Shown piece by piece: positions 14,701 to 27,440 of a DNA stretch of 64,000 nucleotides; position 1 is the stretch's first letter; each line of letters opens with the position of its first letter. A program made the translations under genes and the position numbers. Source of the DNA: Vicugna vicugna. Taxonomy: Eukaryota. The notes below the pieces were generated by a model. That model did not search any database. It saw only the letters and a program-made list of their open reading frames with translations, and was not told the origin of the DNA. Location: NCBI GenBank assembly GCA_013265495.1, contig MU058387.1, forward strand, positions 682,001 through 746,000, written 5' to 3'.

Positions 14701-16014
14701 TGAGGAAGACTTGAACATCCAAAAAATAGGTGCTAGGTATCCTGGGAACTAAGCATCCTATAGGAGGTTCCCTCACGTAGATGCCCCCAGTTAATTTTGC
14801 TTCGGGATTCAGAGCTTTCATATCAATCTCTGAAAAGGCTACCTCCTTCTAGTCTCCATTGCAAAATCAGTTGCCCACTATTTGGAAAGCCCTAGCCCTC
14901 TGGACAAAAGGTGGTTGACACCATCTTCCTGCCTGAGTTTGTTTTCCCAGATGAGTTTCTCAGACTCTAATGATATCTTTGCAGGGACTCCTTCAAGGCA
15001 GTCCACAGTGGTGCTTGGTAATTCATTCTACAGAATAATCTGGGGGAATGGGTGATGATTTGAAGCGACATCTTGGCATATCTAGGCCTTCCCGGGTGGG
15101 TCAGAGTGGATCCTCTCCCGACTCCCCCTCCATCTGTGCCCGAGTGGTCTCCAGACACACCTTCCTATTCTCCATGCTCATAGTCGCCTAGCAGCGGATG
15201 TTGACTTCCTCACGGTCAGCATCCCAGGACAGATCCTTCCAGTTAAAATGTCACAGGTGTAGTTTACCATTAACACACATAATCACCAGGCCAGTTAAAG
15301 CCATAACCCTTCACAGGTTCTAAGGCTAACCTCCCGTTGACACCGCGGTCTGCTAACTTGAGTATTCTCTCTACCCTGCATTTTTTGTTTTTCTCTTTTG
15401 AGTACCGGGTCACAGCTTTCTGGACTTTCGTATGGAATATCCAATGAGTACTTTCCAACAGTTTAAATCCAATTACCCTAAAAGGTCATTTGAAGTCTGC
15501 TTTGGTGACGTCATACCTGATAGCTGGAACTGAGGACAGACTCTGACCTCATCTAGCGCTCGTCTGTGTTAACCATTCAACAGTATGTTCTCTGTCCGGG
15601 CTTACATGAAATGTATTCTGAAAAAGCAGATGGTAAGCTCTTGAGAACACTGACCTCGTCTTATGCACCTCTCAGATCTCCCACATTATGTGTTCACTGA
15701 GTGCTAATTGATTGGCTAAAGACTCTGTCCTTGTCTGACACTGTGCGTGTGTGAATAATGCTGTCTAATTACTCACACTTCTTTATCAGAGTGTCATGTT
15801 TTGATACGACTTAATGGGGATAGCTGGAGGAGGAGGTGGAGGGAGAGGACTGAGAAACTGAAGCCAGATAATTAAAATGATTCTGCCCAAAGACATCCTC
15901 CTAGTTAGGCTGTATGTGTGGGGCCCAAAATTGACTTCTCCTGGCACTTTGCAAGATGAGGTTTCCATGCCACTGTACTGAATCTTTCAGGGATGCGTCC
16001 ACGTTTTCTATAGT

Positions 16015-16175
16015 CTGGGAAGTCACCCTCATAATTAAAATGCATAATTTGGATCATGAATTCCAGAGATTAAGATTGAGATTTTTAGGTGGGACCTAGA
16101 AATCTACATTTTCAACGGGGACCCAGGGTAATTTTAAGGAGGCAATTTCAGAACCCCAATCTGAAATACAGCTCC
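16015..16175. mobile_element. MER5-like hAT-Charlie MITE
   Basis: GGTGGGACCTAGAAATCTACATTTTCAAC...CCCAGGGTAATTTT resembles the MER5 core. Confidence 0.55.
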
Positions 16176-17823
16176 AGGCTTACCAACAATGTCTCTTGCT
16201 ATCTCCTACTTGTGTGTTATTTTTTCCCTCTAGGCCTAACTCCAACATATATATGTTGTTTTGAGTAAGAATGTTTAAAACTGGCCAAGGAACAGTCATG
16301 GTTTCAGAAAAAAACAGTCTTTTATTACAGCAATGGGGACTCTGGTCTACCACGACCACAGCTATCACCACGCCTGCAAAAGTAACTCAGAATTACAGGT
16401 CCTTTTCTGCTTCTCATTCACAGTGAACCCCAGGACCTAGTGGGTAACAATATTCCCTACGAACTTTACAAACATTTGCTCAGCGGCGAGAACCAGTGAG
16501 GACGCACTCGTTTGTATGTGTGTCTTATACACTTAATAAAAGAGATGACAAAAATGACAGCAATATGTCCTCCAAAAGTGGAGGAGTTCAAAAAAATAAT
16601 TTTTTGTTATTCTCCATCAAACAGCAGGATGCAATACGTTTGACTTGGCTTCACAGCTTGAAATGACCAACTTGTCCATAAGAGTCACGTTCATATGACA
16701 TGCTGTGTTCTACCCCAGTCATAAGCTCCTGGAGGGCAGGGACAGTGCCTAGCTAGCTCGCTTTTATAATCTAGAACCCAGCACCAGGTCTCAAAGATAA
16801 TAGATAATGAAAGTTAAGACACCAAGAGCCTTGGAGAAAACCACCATACCACTTGGAGGTTTCGATTACCCATTGGACACACTACCGTGGAAGTCTGTGG
16901 GGTTTATAACACTAGCAATCAACTTCCGTTAAAAAGCAGGAAATTAAGTGCCACTGTTGCCTAAAGCTGAGCAAGCAAGTCCTGAATGGTATTATGGCTT
17001 ATATAGAGAGGACTACACATTATACGGAGACACTTAGCATTGAACCTGGCACATAATAGGTGCTCAATAAAAAGCTACTATTATAATTATCACTGCTATT
17101 ATTATCAATAGTGGGTCTTAATTACGAGGAAACATTTGGCAGCTGACTTGCAATTAATTATACGTGGTTCCTGAGCCAGAGAAGTTGGCTAAGGGTAAAA
17201 ATCCCCAGGAATTCTGCCTCTGAAGATGATACAGACAGAGTTCTCCGGTAGGTAATTACAAAGTTTCCTCTGCGTTAACGGAACCTGTGGGCTGCTGATC
17301 ATTTTAAAATACACCTGTCTTCCTATAAACCTACACATACTGAAAACACTTTAAAAAAATTAATGAACGGTTTTGTGGCATTTTATGAGAATATATATTT
17401 TAGGAAAAAGGAAAACTGTATATGGCTCCGTGTGTGTTAATGTTTGTGCTTGTATTGGAAAAAAAGAAATTTAAAAAATTATTTTTAATTGATATGATCT
17501 AGAGTTGTCCCTCCATTTTTTTGATGTCCCCACATTCTTTTAAGAAGTGTTTAGTCAGACACATACACTCCGCCCATAAATTCCCAAGGTCCTACTTTTA
17601 GACCAATATTACACTGCAATAAATTCCTGTTTACCACAGACCAGACCACTAGGATAGAGAAATACCGCTAATGGATTTTATGGGATTTTTGTAAATGCTG
17701 CCCTCCAGTTTTAGGCCAAAGGCAAGGGAAATAGTAAGTAAATACACCATTAACGTTTGGGTCAAATGAAAGCAACTTCCAGGACGTGTCAAGGATCAGT
17801 GGGCTCTGCCTGTGCTTTCATAC

Positions 17824-17980
17824 CCAGGGGTTCTTAACTTTTTGTTTCTTAAGGATCACGCAGAGAACCTCATGAAAGCCATGGGTTTTCTCTGAAGAAA
17901 TTATGTTTTCACACATGCCTATAAAATCTAGCCTACAATTTCAGGGTGTTCACACCTCCTGGAGAAGCTGGGTTTAAGAA
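17824..17980. mobile_element. Short hAT-Charlie-type MITE
   Basis: Starts CAGGGGTTCTTAAC, contains ATGAAAGCCATGG and ACAATTTCAGGG, ends GGTTTAAGAA. Confidence 0.55.
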
Positions 17981-18052
17981 AAGGCTCACACACGAATCAC
18001 AAATTGTGAGCAGATATCCAGCTGAGGCTGAGCGCCATTTCAGGAGGCAAGC

Positions 18053-18629
18053 TTTTCTTTGTTTGCACTAACTGAAGCAGAGTTGGTTTACAATGCTCTG
18101 TTAGCTTCTGGTGTATCGCAGAGTGATGCGGTTTTTATATATATATAAACACACATATATATGCACACACACATATGTATATATATATGTGTGTGTATAT
18201 ATATATTCTTTTTATTTTTTTCATTATAGGCTATCATAAAATATTGAATATAGTTCCCTGTGCTATACAGTAGGACCTTGTTGTTTATCTATTTTATATA
18301 TAATAGTTTGTATCTGCTAATCCCAAACTCCCAATGTATCCCTCCCCTCCTTTTCCCCTTTGGTGACCATAAGTTTGTTTTCTGTGTCTGTGAGTCTCTT
18401 TCTGTTTTGTAAATAAGTTCAGTTGTGTCATTTTTTTAGATTCCACATATAGGTGATATCATATGGTATTTATCTTTCTCTTTCTGATTTCCTTCACTTA
18501 GTATGATCATCTCCAAGTCCATCCATGTTGCTGCAAATGGCATTATTACATTCTTTGCTGCGGCTGAGTAATATTCATATATATATATATATATACCACA
18601 ACGTCTTTCTCCAATCATCTGTTGGTGGA
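18053..18629 (-). mobile_element. 5'-truncated LINE-1 (artiodactyl/camelid-type 3'UTR plus ORF2 C-terminus)
   Basis: Minus-strand translation gives EYYSAAAKNVIMPFAATWMDLEMIILSEGNQKEKDKYHMISPICGI, the L1 ORF2p C-terminus. Confidence 0.92.
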
Positions 18630-19339
18630 GCTTTATGTAGGAGGCAACCTCTTTGTGCCAAATGCTACATGTTTCACTCAGTGACTCTCTTGCCAAGTAG
18701 CCAGCCCGGGAGCCCAGGGGTGAGCAGGTATACTTGCAAGGAGACACTTCTCTCCTGGAAACCATGGAAACCATCACTCTTAGGGGTGATGTTCCAAGAC
18801 CTCTTTTTCTCTTTTGAAAATCGCAAGAACTATCTTTTTATTAAATTGGGATAAGTAGAATTTTCTTTATGAATGATTTTTGACCATCAGCAGGTCAATA
18901 ATATGATACGTTAACTTCAAGTCTCTATTCCTTGCCTGGTGGGTCCCTGGCGCCCTGCTAGACTCTAAGGCAGTTGTGCACAGACAGCATAAGACAAGAT
19001 CTTAGTCCTTGAAGAAGATAGAAGTTGTCTGAGTACTTTAAAACAAGGACTTTGCTAACAAAATTATGGGATGCACTAAATAAATCTCAATACATTTGGC
19101 GTTTTTATGTATGTCACTAGAGGACTATGCAGTAGGTTCTAAGTTGCCCAATAAGTTGTCACATGGAGGGACTTAATTAGCACAGTAATGTGGGGCTCAC
19201 CAGGTATTGTCCACTGGTTTACTTCAGAAGAGAACAGACTTGGAAGGTCTGAACAAGGACTGGGGGTGGGGGGGACACTGCAGGACTGAGCCTTTCTCCT
19301 CTCTCTCCTCCTTGTCACAGGGCTAACTTTGGAGTGTAG

Positions 19340-19545
19340 GCACCAGGCACCGTCCTAAGGCCTTTACATATATTAACCCAGTTATTCCTCACGGCCCCGC
19401 TCTGAAGCAGAGTCTACCTACACCTTACCATTGTGACCATTGAGGCATACCTCATCAAAGATCCCAGGGCCAGGAAAGTGGGACAGCCAGGATACCAACC
19501 CAGGCTGATCTGACTTCAGAAGTCATGCCTTTAGCCAGTGTGTAA
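19340..19545 (-). mobile_element. MIR SINE
   Basis: CCAGGCACCGTCCTAAGGCCTTTACATATATTAAC...AACCCAGGCTGATCTGACTTCAGA. Confidence 0.7.
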
Positions 19546-19631
19546 TTCTGGTTAGGGGACAGTTAGCACTGACTTTGTGATGGGCACAGGGCTGGACGCT
19601 GGGAAGACAGAGCTCAAAGTTAAGATGCCAC

Positions 19632-20205
19632 TGTGGTAGATGGTGTTTCCAAAGATGGTCACCGCAACATCTCTCAGCCTACATGTTTTGTGGCAACGTG
19701 ATCTTGCCACCCGCCATCAATGGTTGGAATATACTCTTTTCCCCTGGAATCTGGGTGGACTCTGTGACTACTTTGTCCAATAGGCAAATACAGCAGAAAT
19801 TCTGGAACTTCTGAATCCAGATCTTCAGAGGACCAGAAGCTTCTGCTTGGGCTTCTTGGAATGCTCATGCCTGGAACACTCTGAGAACCCTACTGCCAGG
19901 CTGGGAGGAGCCCCAGCCACGTGGCTGGGACACATGGAGGTGCTTTGGCAGACGACCCTGCTGAGCTCGCAGCCAGCAGCCAGCGTCACCTACCAAAGAC
20001 AGGAAGGAGCATCTTTACATCTGACCCAGGACAGCCTTCACATGAATCCAACAGTCATCTGACTGCATCCACATGAGATCTCATGAGAATGGTCCAGCTG
20101 AGCCCAGTCAACCCATAGAACCATAAGAGATCATAATAAATGCCTGGTTGTTTTAAACCACTGAGGTTGGAGTGATCTGTTAGACAGCCACAGGAAACTG
20201 AGCTA
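19632..20205 (+). mobile_element. MaLR solo LTR (MLT1G/H-like)
   Basis: TGTGGTAG start, CCTGGAATCTGGGTGGACTCTGTGACT, CAGCTGAGCCCAGTCAACCC, AATAAA...GTTGTTTTAAACCACTGAGGTTGG near the end. Confidence 0.8.
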
Positions 20206-20859
20206 TCCACGTGGAAGAAGCTCTGTCGGGAGACAGTCAAGTGGTGACCAACTACAAACTAGAAATACAGTACAAGTTACAGCTACAGGAAACATACGGT
20301 GGAGTGCTGTAACATCAAGTCTCAGTCCTGGCAAAGAAAGTCCTCAACAGGAATCCAGAAAAATGGGACAGAGTAGACAACTGAAGCACAGCCCTGGAGA
20401 AATGTGGGAAAGTCAGTATCCAGAAGTGGAGGCACAACAGCCTGTCCAAGGAGACAGGAATTCTCCTAGAGGATGGCAGGGTTCTAGCCACATGGCTAGC
20501 GTTCACGAGCAAGACACAAATACTCTAGAAAGGAAACTTGCAAGAACCAAGACCTCAGTTCCAAGAGGGAAATGGGGGCACCTCGGGGAGGACTTGAAAT
20601 CAGCCAGAATGTGTTCCAAAATCCCTTGGCTATTTGATTTGATCAGAAAGGGAGAGGACAATTTTCCTCTTCCCAGACAACAGTGATCAAGATGGAGGTC
20701 AACAGTAAGTTCAAAGAGCTAGAGGATTTGGCCTTCCTGGTTATGGATCAAAAATAATAAAGGCTGGAGAGTTTTTAAAAATCTGTTGTTGTTTCGCCAA
20801 ATCTTTCTATGGATTAAAAGCAAAAAGCAAAAAATATTCATACAAATGCTGTTAATGTT

Positions 20860-21088
20860 AACAATTGAAATATAATGTATATCATGTGCTATGCACTTTG
20901 TGTCCATTAACTCAACTCTCACAACAGCCCAACAAAAAAAAGCCTAAAGCATCACATGTAATGTTACACTCAAGGAAACTGGGCCCAGGGATGCGATGTG
21001 ATTTGCCCAAGGGCTAGGTAGTAGAGACAGGAATCAAACTTGGGTCATTGACTTTGCAGCTCATGGTCATTCCACTCTATTATATTGT
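20860..21088 (-). mobile_element. MIR SINE
   Basis: CTCACAACAGCCC...AGGAAACTGGGCCCAG...GTGATTTGCCCAAGG. Confidence 0.7.
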
Positions 21089-21097
21089 TCCTATGCA

Positions 21098-21690
21098 TTT
21101 TTAAAAAAATTTATATTAAAGTATAGTTGGTTTATAATGTGTCAATTTCTGGTGTACAGCATAATGTTTCAGTCATACATATACGTACAGATATTCCTTT
21201 TCATATACTTTTTCATTATAGGTTACTACAAGATATTGAATAAAGTTCTCTGTGCTATACAGTAGCAACTTGTTGTATATCTATTTTATACATAGTAGTT
21301 AGTATCTGCAAATCTTGAACTCCTATTTTATACCTTCCCACCCGTTTTACCCCTGGTAACCATAAGTTTTTTTTCCTATGTCTGTGAATTTGTTTCTGTT
21401 TTGTAAATATGTTCATTTTTTTTTAGATTCCACATATAAGTGATATCACATTGTATTTATCTTTCTCTTTCTGGCTTATTTCACTTAGTATGATAATCTC
21501 CAAGTCCATCCATGTTGCTGCAAAAGGCATTATTTTATTCTTTTTTGTGGATGGGTAGTATTCCATTGAATGTACATTGTGCGTATATATATACATATGT
21601 ATGTATATGTATACACACACACATATATATATATACCACATCTTCTTTATCCAGTCATCTGTCAATGAACATTTATGTTGTTTCCATTTT
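21098..21690 (-). mobile_element. 5'-truncated LINE-1, same family as the 18053 copy
   Basis: ORF2 C-terminus MEYYPSTKKNKIMPFAATWMDLEIIILSEISQKEKDKYNVISLICGI; 3'UTR AAGTATAGTTGGTTTATAATG...TTCTGGTGTACAGCAT. Confidence 0.92.
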
Positions 21691-22024
21691 AAAATGCTCA
21701 GATAAAATTTTAGATGCTGGTTACATAGGATAAAAAGCTATTTAATTCAAAATGTAAGTGATTAAGAAGACTTTTTGAGCAGATTTTTGCTGAAATGAAG
21801 ATGGACTTCCACACTGCTAAGGCTTTCCTGTACAGAACAACAATAAATTAATAAGATTCAAGTTTTTTAAAATGAAAAAAACAAACCTATGTGCCACAGA
21901 GTTCTGGTTTGTATGCAATTTTGGTATTAAGAGAGAAGAAAAAAGCTGGATTCTTGAGGCTCCATGTAGTCTGAGCTCAAGAACTTAGCTAGAAATTGAC
22001 AAAAATCCTTGAAATACTTTAAAT

Positions 22025-22348
22025 CCAGGGTGAGCACACTGAATCCAAGGACTGGATCCTGCCCACTGCCAGTTTTGCACAATCTGTGAACAAAAAATGG
22101 CTTATACACTTCCAAATGGTTGGAATAAAAACAAGCACACACACAAAAATAATATTTTGTACCATGTGAATATTATATGAAATTCAAAATGGAAATAAAG
22201 TTTTATTGGCACAGTGCTTCATTCATTCATTTACATCTTGCTGATGGCTGCTCTCATGCTACAGCGGAAGAGTTGAGTAGTTGCAACAGATTTTGATACC
22301 TAAAATATTTACTCTCCTGCCTTTTACAGAAAAGCTTTGCGACCCTTG
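22025..22348. mobile_element. MER58B-like hAT-Charlie element
   Basis: AAATAAAGTTTTATTGG...GAGTTGAGTAGTTGCAACAGA...CCTAAAATATTTACT...TTTACAGAAAA...GACCCTTG. Confidence 0.8.
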
Positions 22349-22799
22349 CTGTAAATGAGAAATGGAAAATTATAATTCAAGCCAATTATTCATAACTCCC
22401 TTAGAAAGGCAGACCCTAGTGGTAGATGGGTAAACTGCAGCTTTCCATTTGATGGGGGAAAAGCCCTCCCTTTTTTATTCCTACATCCCTGTTCCTCCTT
22501 TAGCAACTCACATCCTCAATCCTGTTTACACAATTATTTTTAGAACCTGGAATATAATGTCATCTTTGTTTCTACTTTGAGTTTCTGGTCATGATGCTGC
22601 CTGCCTGGAATACTTTTCCCTTCCCCCACCACACCCACCCACTTACTCGCAAAATCCTGCTCTTTTAGGAGACTGTTCCTTACCCTGTAAACTGGGCTTC
22701 AGGCCATGCCAACGCACTCTCAGACTCACTGTGCCTAACTCCTTACCCTAAGCCCCAGTGCACATCAGGAAATTGTTTATTCATTGGTCTATGTTCTCT

Positions 22800-23720
22800 T
22801 CCTGATCTTCTAACCTTTTGCTCTTGAACTCCCAGAAATAATTTGTAAAGCCATACAAACCTCACACAGTTTTAAGATGGCATCTAAAAGTTTTCATCAT
22901 GAACGTATATAGTTGCAAAGTGTGTAATTTGTGTGCATGATAATGCATCTTTTAAATGCATCCAGTGGAACCCAAATAACAGCAATTTGACAACTATCAT
23001 CATTCATTATAAATCATTCCATCATTTATCCTGAAATTCATAATTCCATTTCTCTTCCCCTGCAGATTTGGATCCTAATATGTTTTATGAATGAAAGTCT
23101 CGTATTCATTGCCCAATAATACTAGTAGAACAAAAATATATAGATAAATTGAAATTTATTTCTAAATGTCCAAGAACTATACATATATAAATATTACATT
23201 ATTTTTTCTTCTAGATTGAGATATTATTACAATTATTAATAATGCTGAATTGACCAAATCATGTGATTAACTTATTGATTTTGATTAAAATTAAAGGGGA
23301 AATTTTATTGTAAAAAGATCCTTAATGAGATGGACTGAGATGTTTTAATCTATTATTTCCCTAGGCTCATGTATCATGAATGAATGCTAATTATTGATAG
23401 AATAACACAGGATTCACCTTCAAGTTTTTCCCCACTAGTTTCATTATTGTCTTTGATTTTAGATGTAGTACTATGAGAGCTTGTTACTATAAGTAGTTGG
23501 GAATGGAGGAGCTTTGGGAGACAATTCATAGACCCATCTTTGAATTTTCACACCAAAAATTGCATGGTGATTTCTCATTTAAAAATACTTCTTATGATCC
23601 ATCAGTCTTCAACTCATTCAGATTCTTATTCATTTTTTTTATTATGGAATAATTGAAAACCACCAGACTTGCAAAGGAATCTGTTACATAATGCTTAGTT
23701 ACTCAATTTCTTGCTATCAT
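22800..23720 (-). mobile_element. Decayed Charlie-type hAT transposon fragment
   Basis: Charlie-like terminal sequence near 22810-23010. Reverse complement of 23489-23506 encodes PFPTTY, resembling the hAT C-terminal dimerisation motif. Confidence 0.55.
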
Positions 23721-26099
23721 TGTTTGGCACCTGGGAAACATCAAGCCAAAACCCTAGAGACGATTTTGTAACGTGGAAGAACGGCCAGTGTGAATGGAGA
23801 GGTGGGAAAATTCCACCTCATGCTGGTTAAGTTTAGGAAAATATGCAGATGAAGTAGACTGTCTAGACGCTGATATCTGTGAACTCTCCAGTCTGTCTTA
23901 TCTACCGTGGACGTCAGCAAGTCCCCAGGGCACGCAGAGCCTGGGTCAAGACCCTAGCTCTAATAGACACCACCATACTCACTGTATTCCTCACATTCAC
24001 CGCTGTATCCCTAAGTGGCTGGCACAAGAGGTGTGCCATTGTCATCCATATATAGAACTTAGATGAATGACTTATCTAGTTATATCTTAAGATTCTAACA
24101 TTCATCAGTGTAAGGCATTTCCTTTCCTTGTCAGCCACATATAAGCCAGAAACCTCTAGATTTCTCAGTTTTAAAAACATTCCAAATTTCTCAGCTTTCA
24201 AAGGCACAACTGTCCTTTAACAAAACCCTATAAAGAAATGTGCTGCTTCCAATCCTTTGGAGAAAGAGAGACAAGAAGCCTTGGGCTCTGTGACAATACA
24301 CTCACCTTTTGGGAGTGTATGGCTATTGAAAGCACAGATTAATTAACACTCTTAGAGTAGATTATAGTCACAAGGTAGAGAGCTCAATAGAGCTGGCCTA
24401 AATAAGAGTGATAAGTTGCTAATTAGCTTTGCCCATTATTTGCAGGAAAAAGTTCATTCTGTGTATGTGAGTAAAGCATATATTTGAGCTACCTAAATAA
24501 TTAAGAAACTTGATGCGTTGCAACTTACTAAAAAATACGGAATAACAGCAAAACCTGAACAATTTCATTCTTTAAAAGAACTTTAATTTATGTTCTGCTT
24601 TTTTTCTCTGTAATTAACTTTTTCTACATCCAAAAACTAAAGGAGAGATAAATCACAATACAGGATTTCTCTCTGTTACGCAGTATTTTCCCAGGCTTTT
24701 TTTTTTTTCCCCTGCCAAACACCACTTTGTCTATAAAAGCACGAATAAAATTGATTTCATCCAATTTCTTCTAAATCTGCTACTGTAGTTTTATAAGATG
24801 GGAAAATCAAGGTCAAAGCCATCCAGATTTGCTGCCCTCCGGGGGTAGAATTAGCCGAATTCTCTGGCTCACTTTGTCTTAATAGGTCTACCGTAAATTT
24901 TAATACTGGCCTTTCTATATCTGTATTTCTTTATTGGCACTTCAAGGCTAAAATCTCTGATCCCTGTTAGGTCCCTGTTGCTAAAGGAAGCCTTGAGCTT
25001 TTTGCTTTTCCTTTTTCTTTTTTTCCAGTGGTAACTTCTGCCTTGAGGGCCTCGGTTTCCATTCCAGAGGGGACCAGTAATTCACAAGAAATCCCAGACC
25101 ATATTCTCGACAAATGGGTCTAGAATACTGAGACCATATCTGTCAAGGTTGATTTCATTTCAGGAAAAAGTTGGCCTATGCGTGGGCCAGACAAGTACAG
25201 TTTTAAATAATATTTATAATAATGCGTAATATTATCTCTATTGTACACATGCAAAACCTGAAGACAAGAGATATAACAAGATAATCAGGGTTTTAAGGCT
25301 AGTAACATGCAGATCTGGGTTTGCTGACTCCAAATACAGTGGCCTTGTTCATACACCGTGGTGCAAAAGTACTTCATCTCTGGAGAAGAGAATTCATTGA
25401 GAAGAGTCAGCACCCAACACCAGGTAAGCAGATACCCCCCTCCCCCTGGGGGTACATAAAAAGCAGCACACAGCAAGTAGTAGTTTAGAATTCTCCAAGG
25501 ACACATAGTCAATCACTTATTGATTAATTTATGACCAATCATGAATAAATACAATTTAAGCAACTAAATATACAGGCAATTTTTTGCATTTGAGTTGGGG
25601 TGACCGTAGGTAACAACCTGTACAAACAATTAAAAAATGTTCACCTTTTAGGATCCCCAGTAACCAAAAAGCAAAAGGGTTATGTTTACGTAAATAAATG
25701 CTACACATTTGTTATATAAATCAATGAACAGAATTGTATATTACAGTGTCTTTTAGTGTCCCAAAATAATATACATTTGAAATACTCCAAAGAATTATAA
25801 ACTTACCTTCCACCCACCTCCCAGCCCTCATCTCAGTTTCTCTGAAGCTTGTGGCAGCTCTGTTGGTCCATTTAATGCCAAGACACAGTTAAAACAGAAA
25901 CCTCTCCAACACATGAGGCAGTTCACCCTTTGAGATAAACAAACATTAAACTGTATTTTTCCACTTAGCTTTATATATATTGTAAAATAGATATAATCAA
26001 TTAATATAAAGTGTTATATATACATATGTGTGTACATATAAATATAGATAGATAGATTATATATCTATCTATATATAAAATCTGTTCATTCCCTCCGTT

Positions 26100-27200
26100 T
26101 CTCTCCGGGTCTGTCCCCACTTCTTGCCATTCCTTAGTGGCAAAATTCCTTATAGATGTTGTCTGTATGTGCTGTCTCTATTTCCCTCCTCCATTCTTTC
26201 TTGAAGCCACTCCAGTCATGTTCCCTGTAAGCCAACCCCATGTCACCAAAATCATAGTTATCAATTCATCAAATGACCTCTCTTCCAGACTGAAGTACCT
26301 CCCCCTGCCAAAACCAGTGTTGAAGTCCTAACCAGCCCCACCCAAGATTTTATTTGGAGATAAAACCTCAAGGAGGTAATTAAGGTTCAATGAGGTCAGA
26401 AGTCTGGGGCCTCAATCCAAGATGACGTGTTCTTATAAGAGATGCTCGGAGTGTGAGAGCACAGAGAAAGTGTCGTATGAGGACACAGCCAGCAGCTCCA
26501 TCTATAAGCCTGGGAGAAGGGCCTCAGGTAAAAAGCAACCCTGCCAGAACCTTGGTTTATGACTTCCAGCTTCAAGATCTGTGAGAAAAATAATATTTCT
26601 ATTTTTAATCCACCCAGTCTGGGATATTTTGTTATGTCAGCCCAAGCTGACTAATATAACCTCCACTTTACTAAATCCGATGATCATTTTCTTTTTGTCT
26701 TGGTCCACATCTTATATTACTGGTCAGCAGCATTTGATAAAGTTGAACATGCTCTTAAAATATGTCTCTTGGGACATCACAATCGATGAGTTTTTCTCTT
26801 ACCACTCTACCCACTCTTCATTCTCCTTTTCTCGTTTATTTCTCTACTGCTGAATGCTGATGTGCTGCACGTCAGCTAACCCACTCTCCTTGCTAACATC
26901 CATCCCTAGGTGACGTCACGGGCTTTAGTTACCACCTGTACGCTGATAGCCACCGAATTTATGTCACCAACCAGGGCTCTCCCCTGACCTCCAGACCGAA
27001 ATATCCAACTTCCTGCAGATACTGTCACTTGAATGTTTCACAGGCAACTCAAATTTAACATATCCCAAACTGAGCTTTTAATAAACCACCACCCATCAAT
27101 TACTCCATGCTTCCTGCAGTTTTCCTGTCTTAATTGATAAAAACTCAATTCTGTTGAAGCCAAAATAATTATATTTCACTCACAATCCAGATCCTGTCCA
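26100..27200 (+). mobile_element. L2 LINE fragment interrupted by an LTR
   Basis: AATGACCTC|CACTTTACTAAATCC rejoins across the LTR; CTCCAGAC...ATATCCAAC...CTCAAATTTAACATATCCCAAACTGAGC is L2-like. Confidence 0.75.
26281..26658 (+). mobile_element. MLT1A-like MaLR solo LTR with 5-bp TSD
   Basis: GAGGTAATTAAGGTTCAATGAGGTC, TGAGGACACAGC, GACTTCCAGC, GCTGACTAATATA end. ACCTC at 26276-26280 and 26659-26663. Confidence 0.88.
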
Positions 27201-27214
27201 TGAGCCAATCTGTT

Positions 27215-27440
27215 GATTCCCTGTTGTCTGGCGAGGCCCGCTTTCTAGGCTGTGGGTGGCCGTTATATTCTCACAAGGCAGAATGCAGAGAAAAAGAGAG
27301 AAGCAAGTGCTCTTCTCCTAAGTCATTCGTCCCATTCATCAGGGCTCCACCCTTAGGCTTTCCCAAAGGGCCCATCTCCAAATACCTGCCCATTGGGAAT
27401 CAGGCTTCCACATACGAATTTGGAGGAGGACACACATCAT
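27215..27440 (-). mobile_element. MaLR (MLT1/MST-like) LTR fragment
   Basis: TGTCTGGCGAGGCCCGCTTTCT...CCCATTCATCAGGGCTCCACCC...CCCATCTCCAAATACC...ACATACGAATTTGG. Confidence 0.7.

Noticed and set aside
18436..18777. ORFs with protein-like motifs (also 21423-21665, 43975-44160, 44193-44456)
   Set aside because: LINE-1 ORF2 C-terminal remnants, not host genes.
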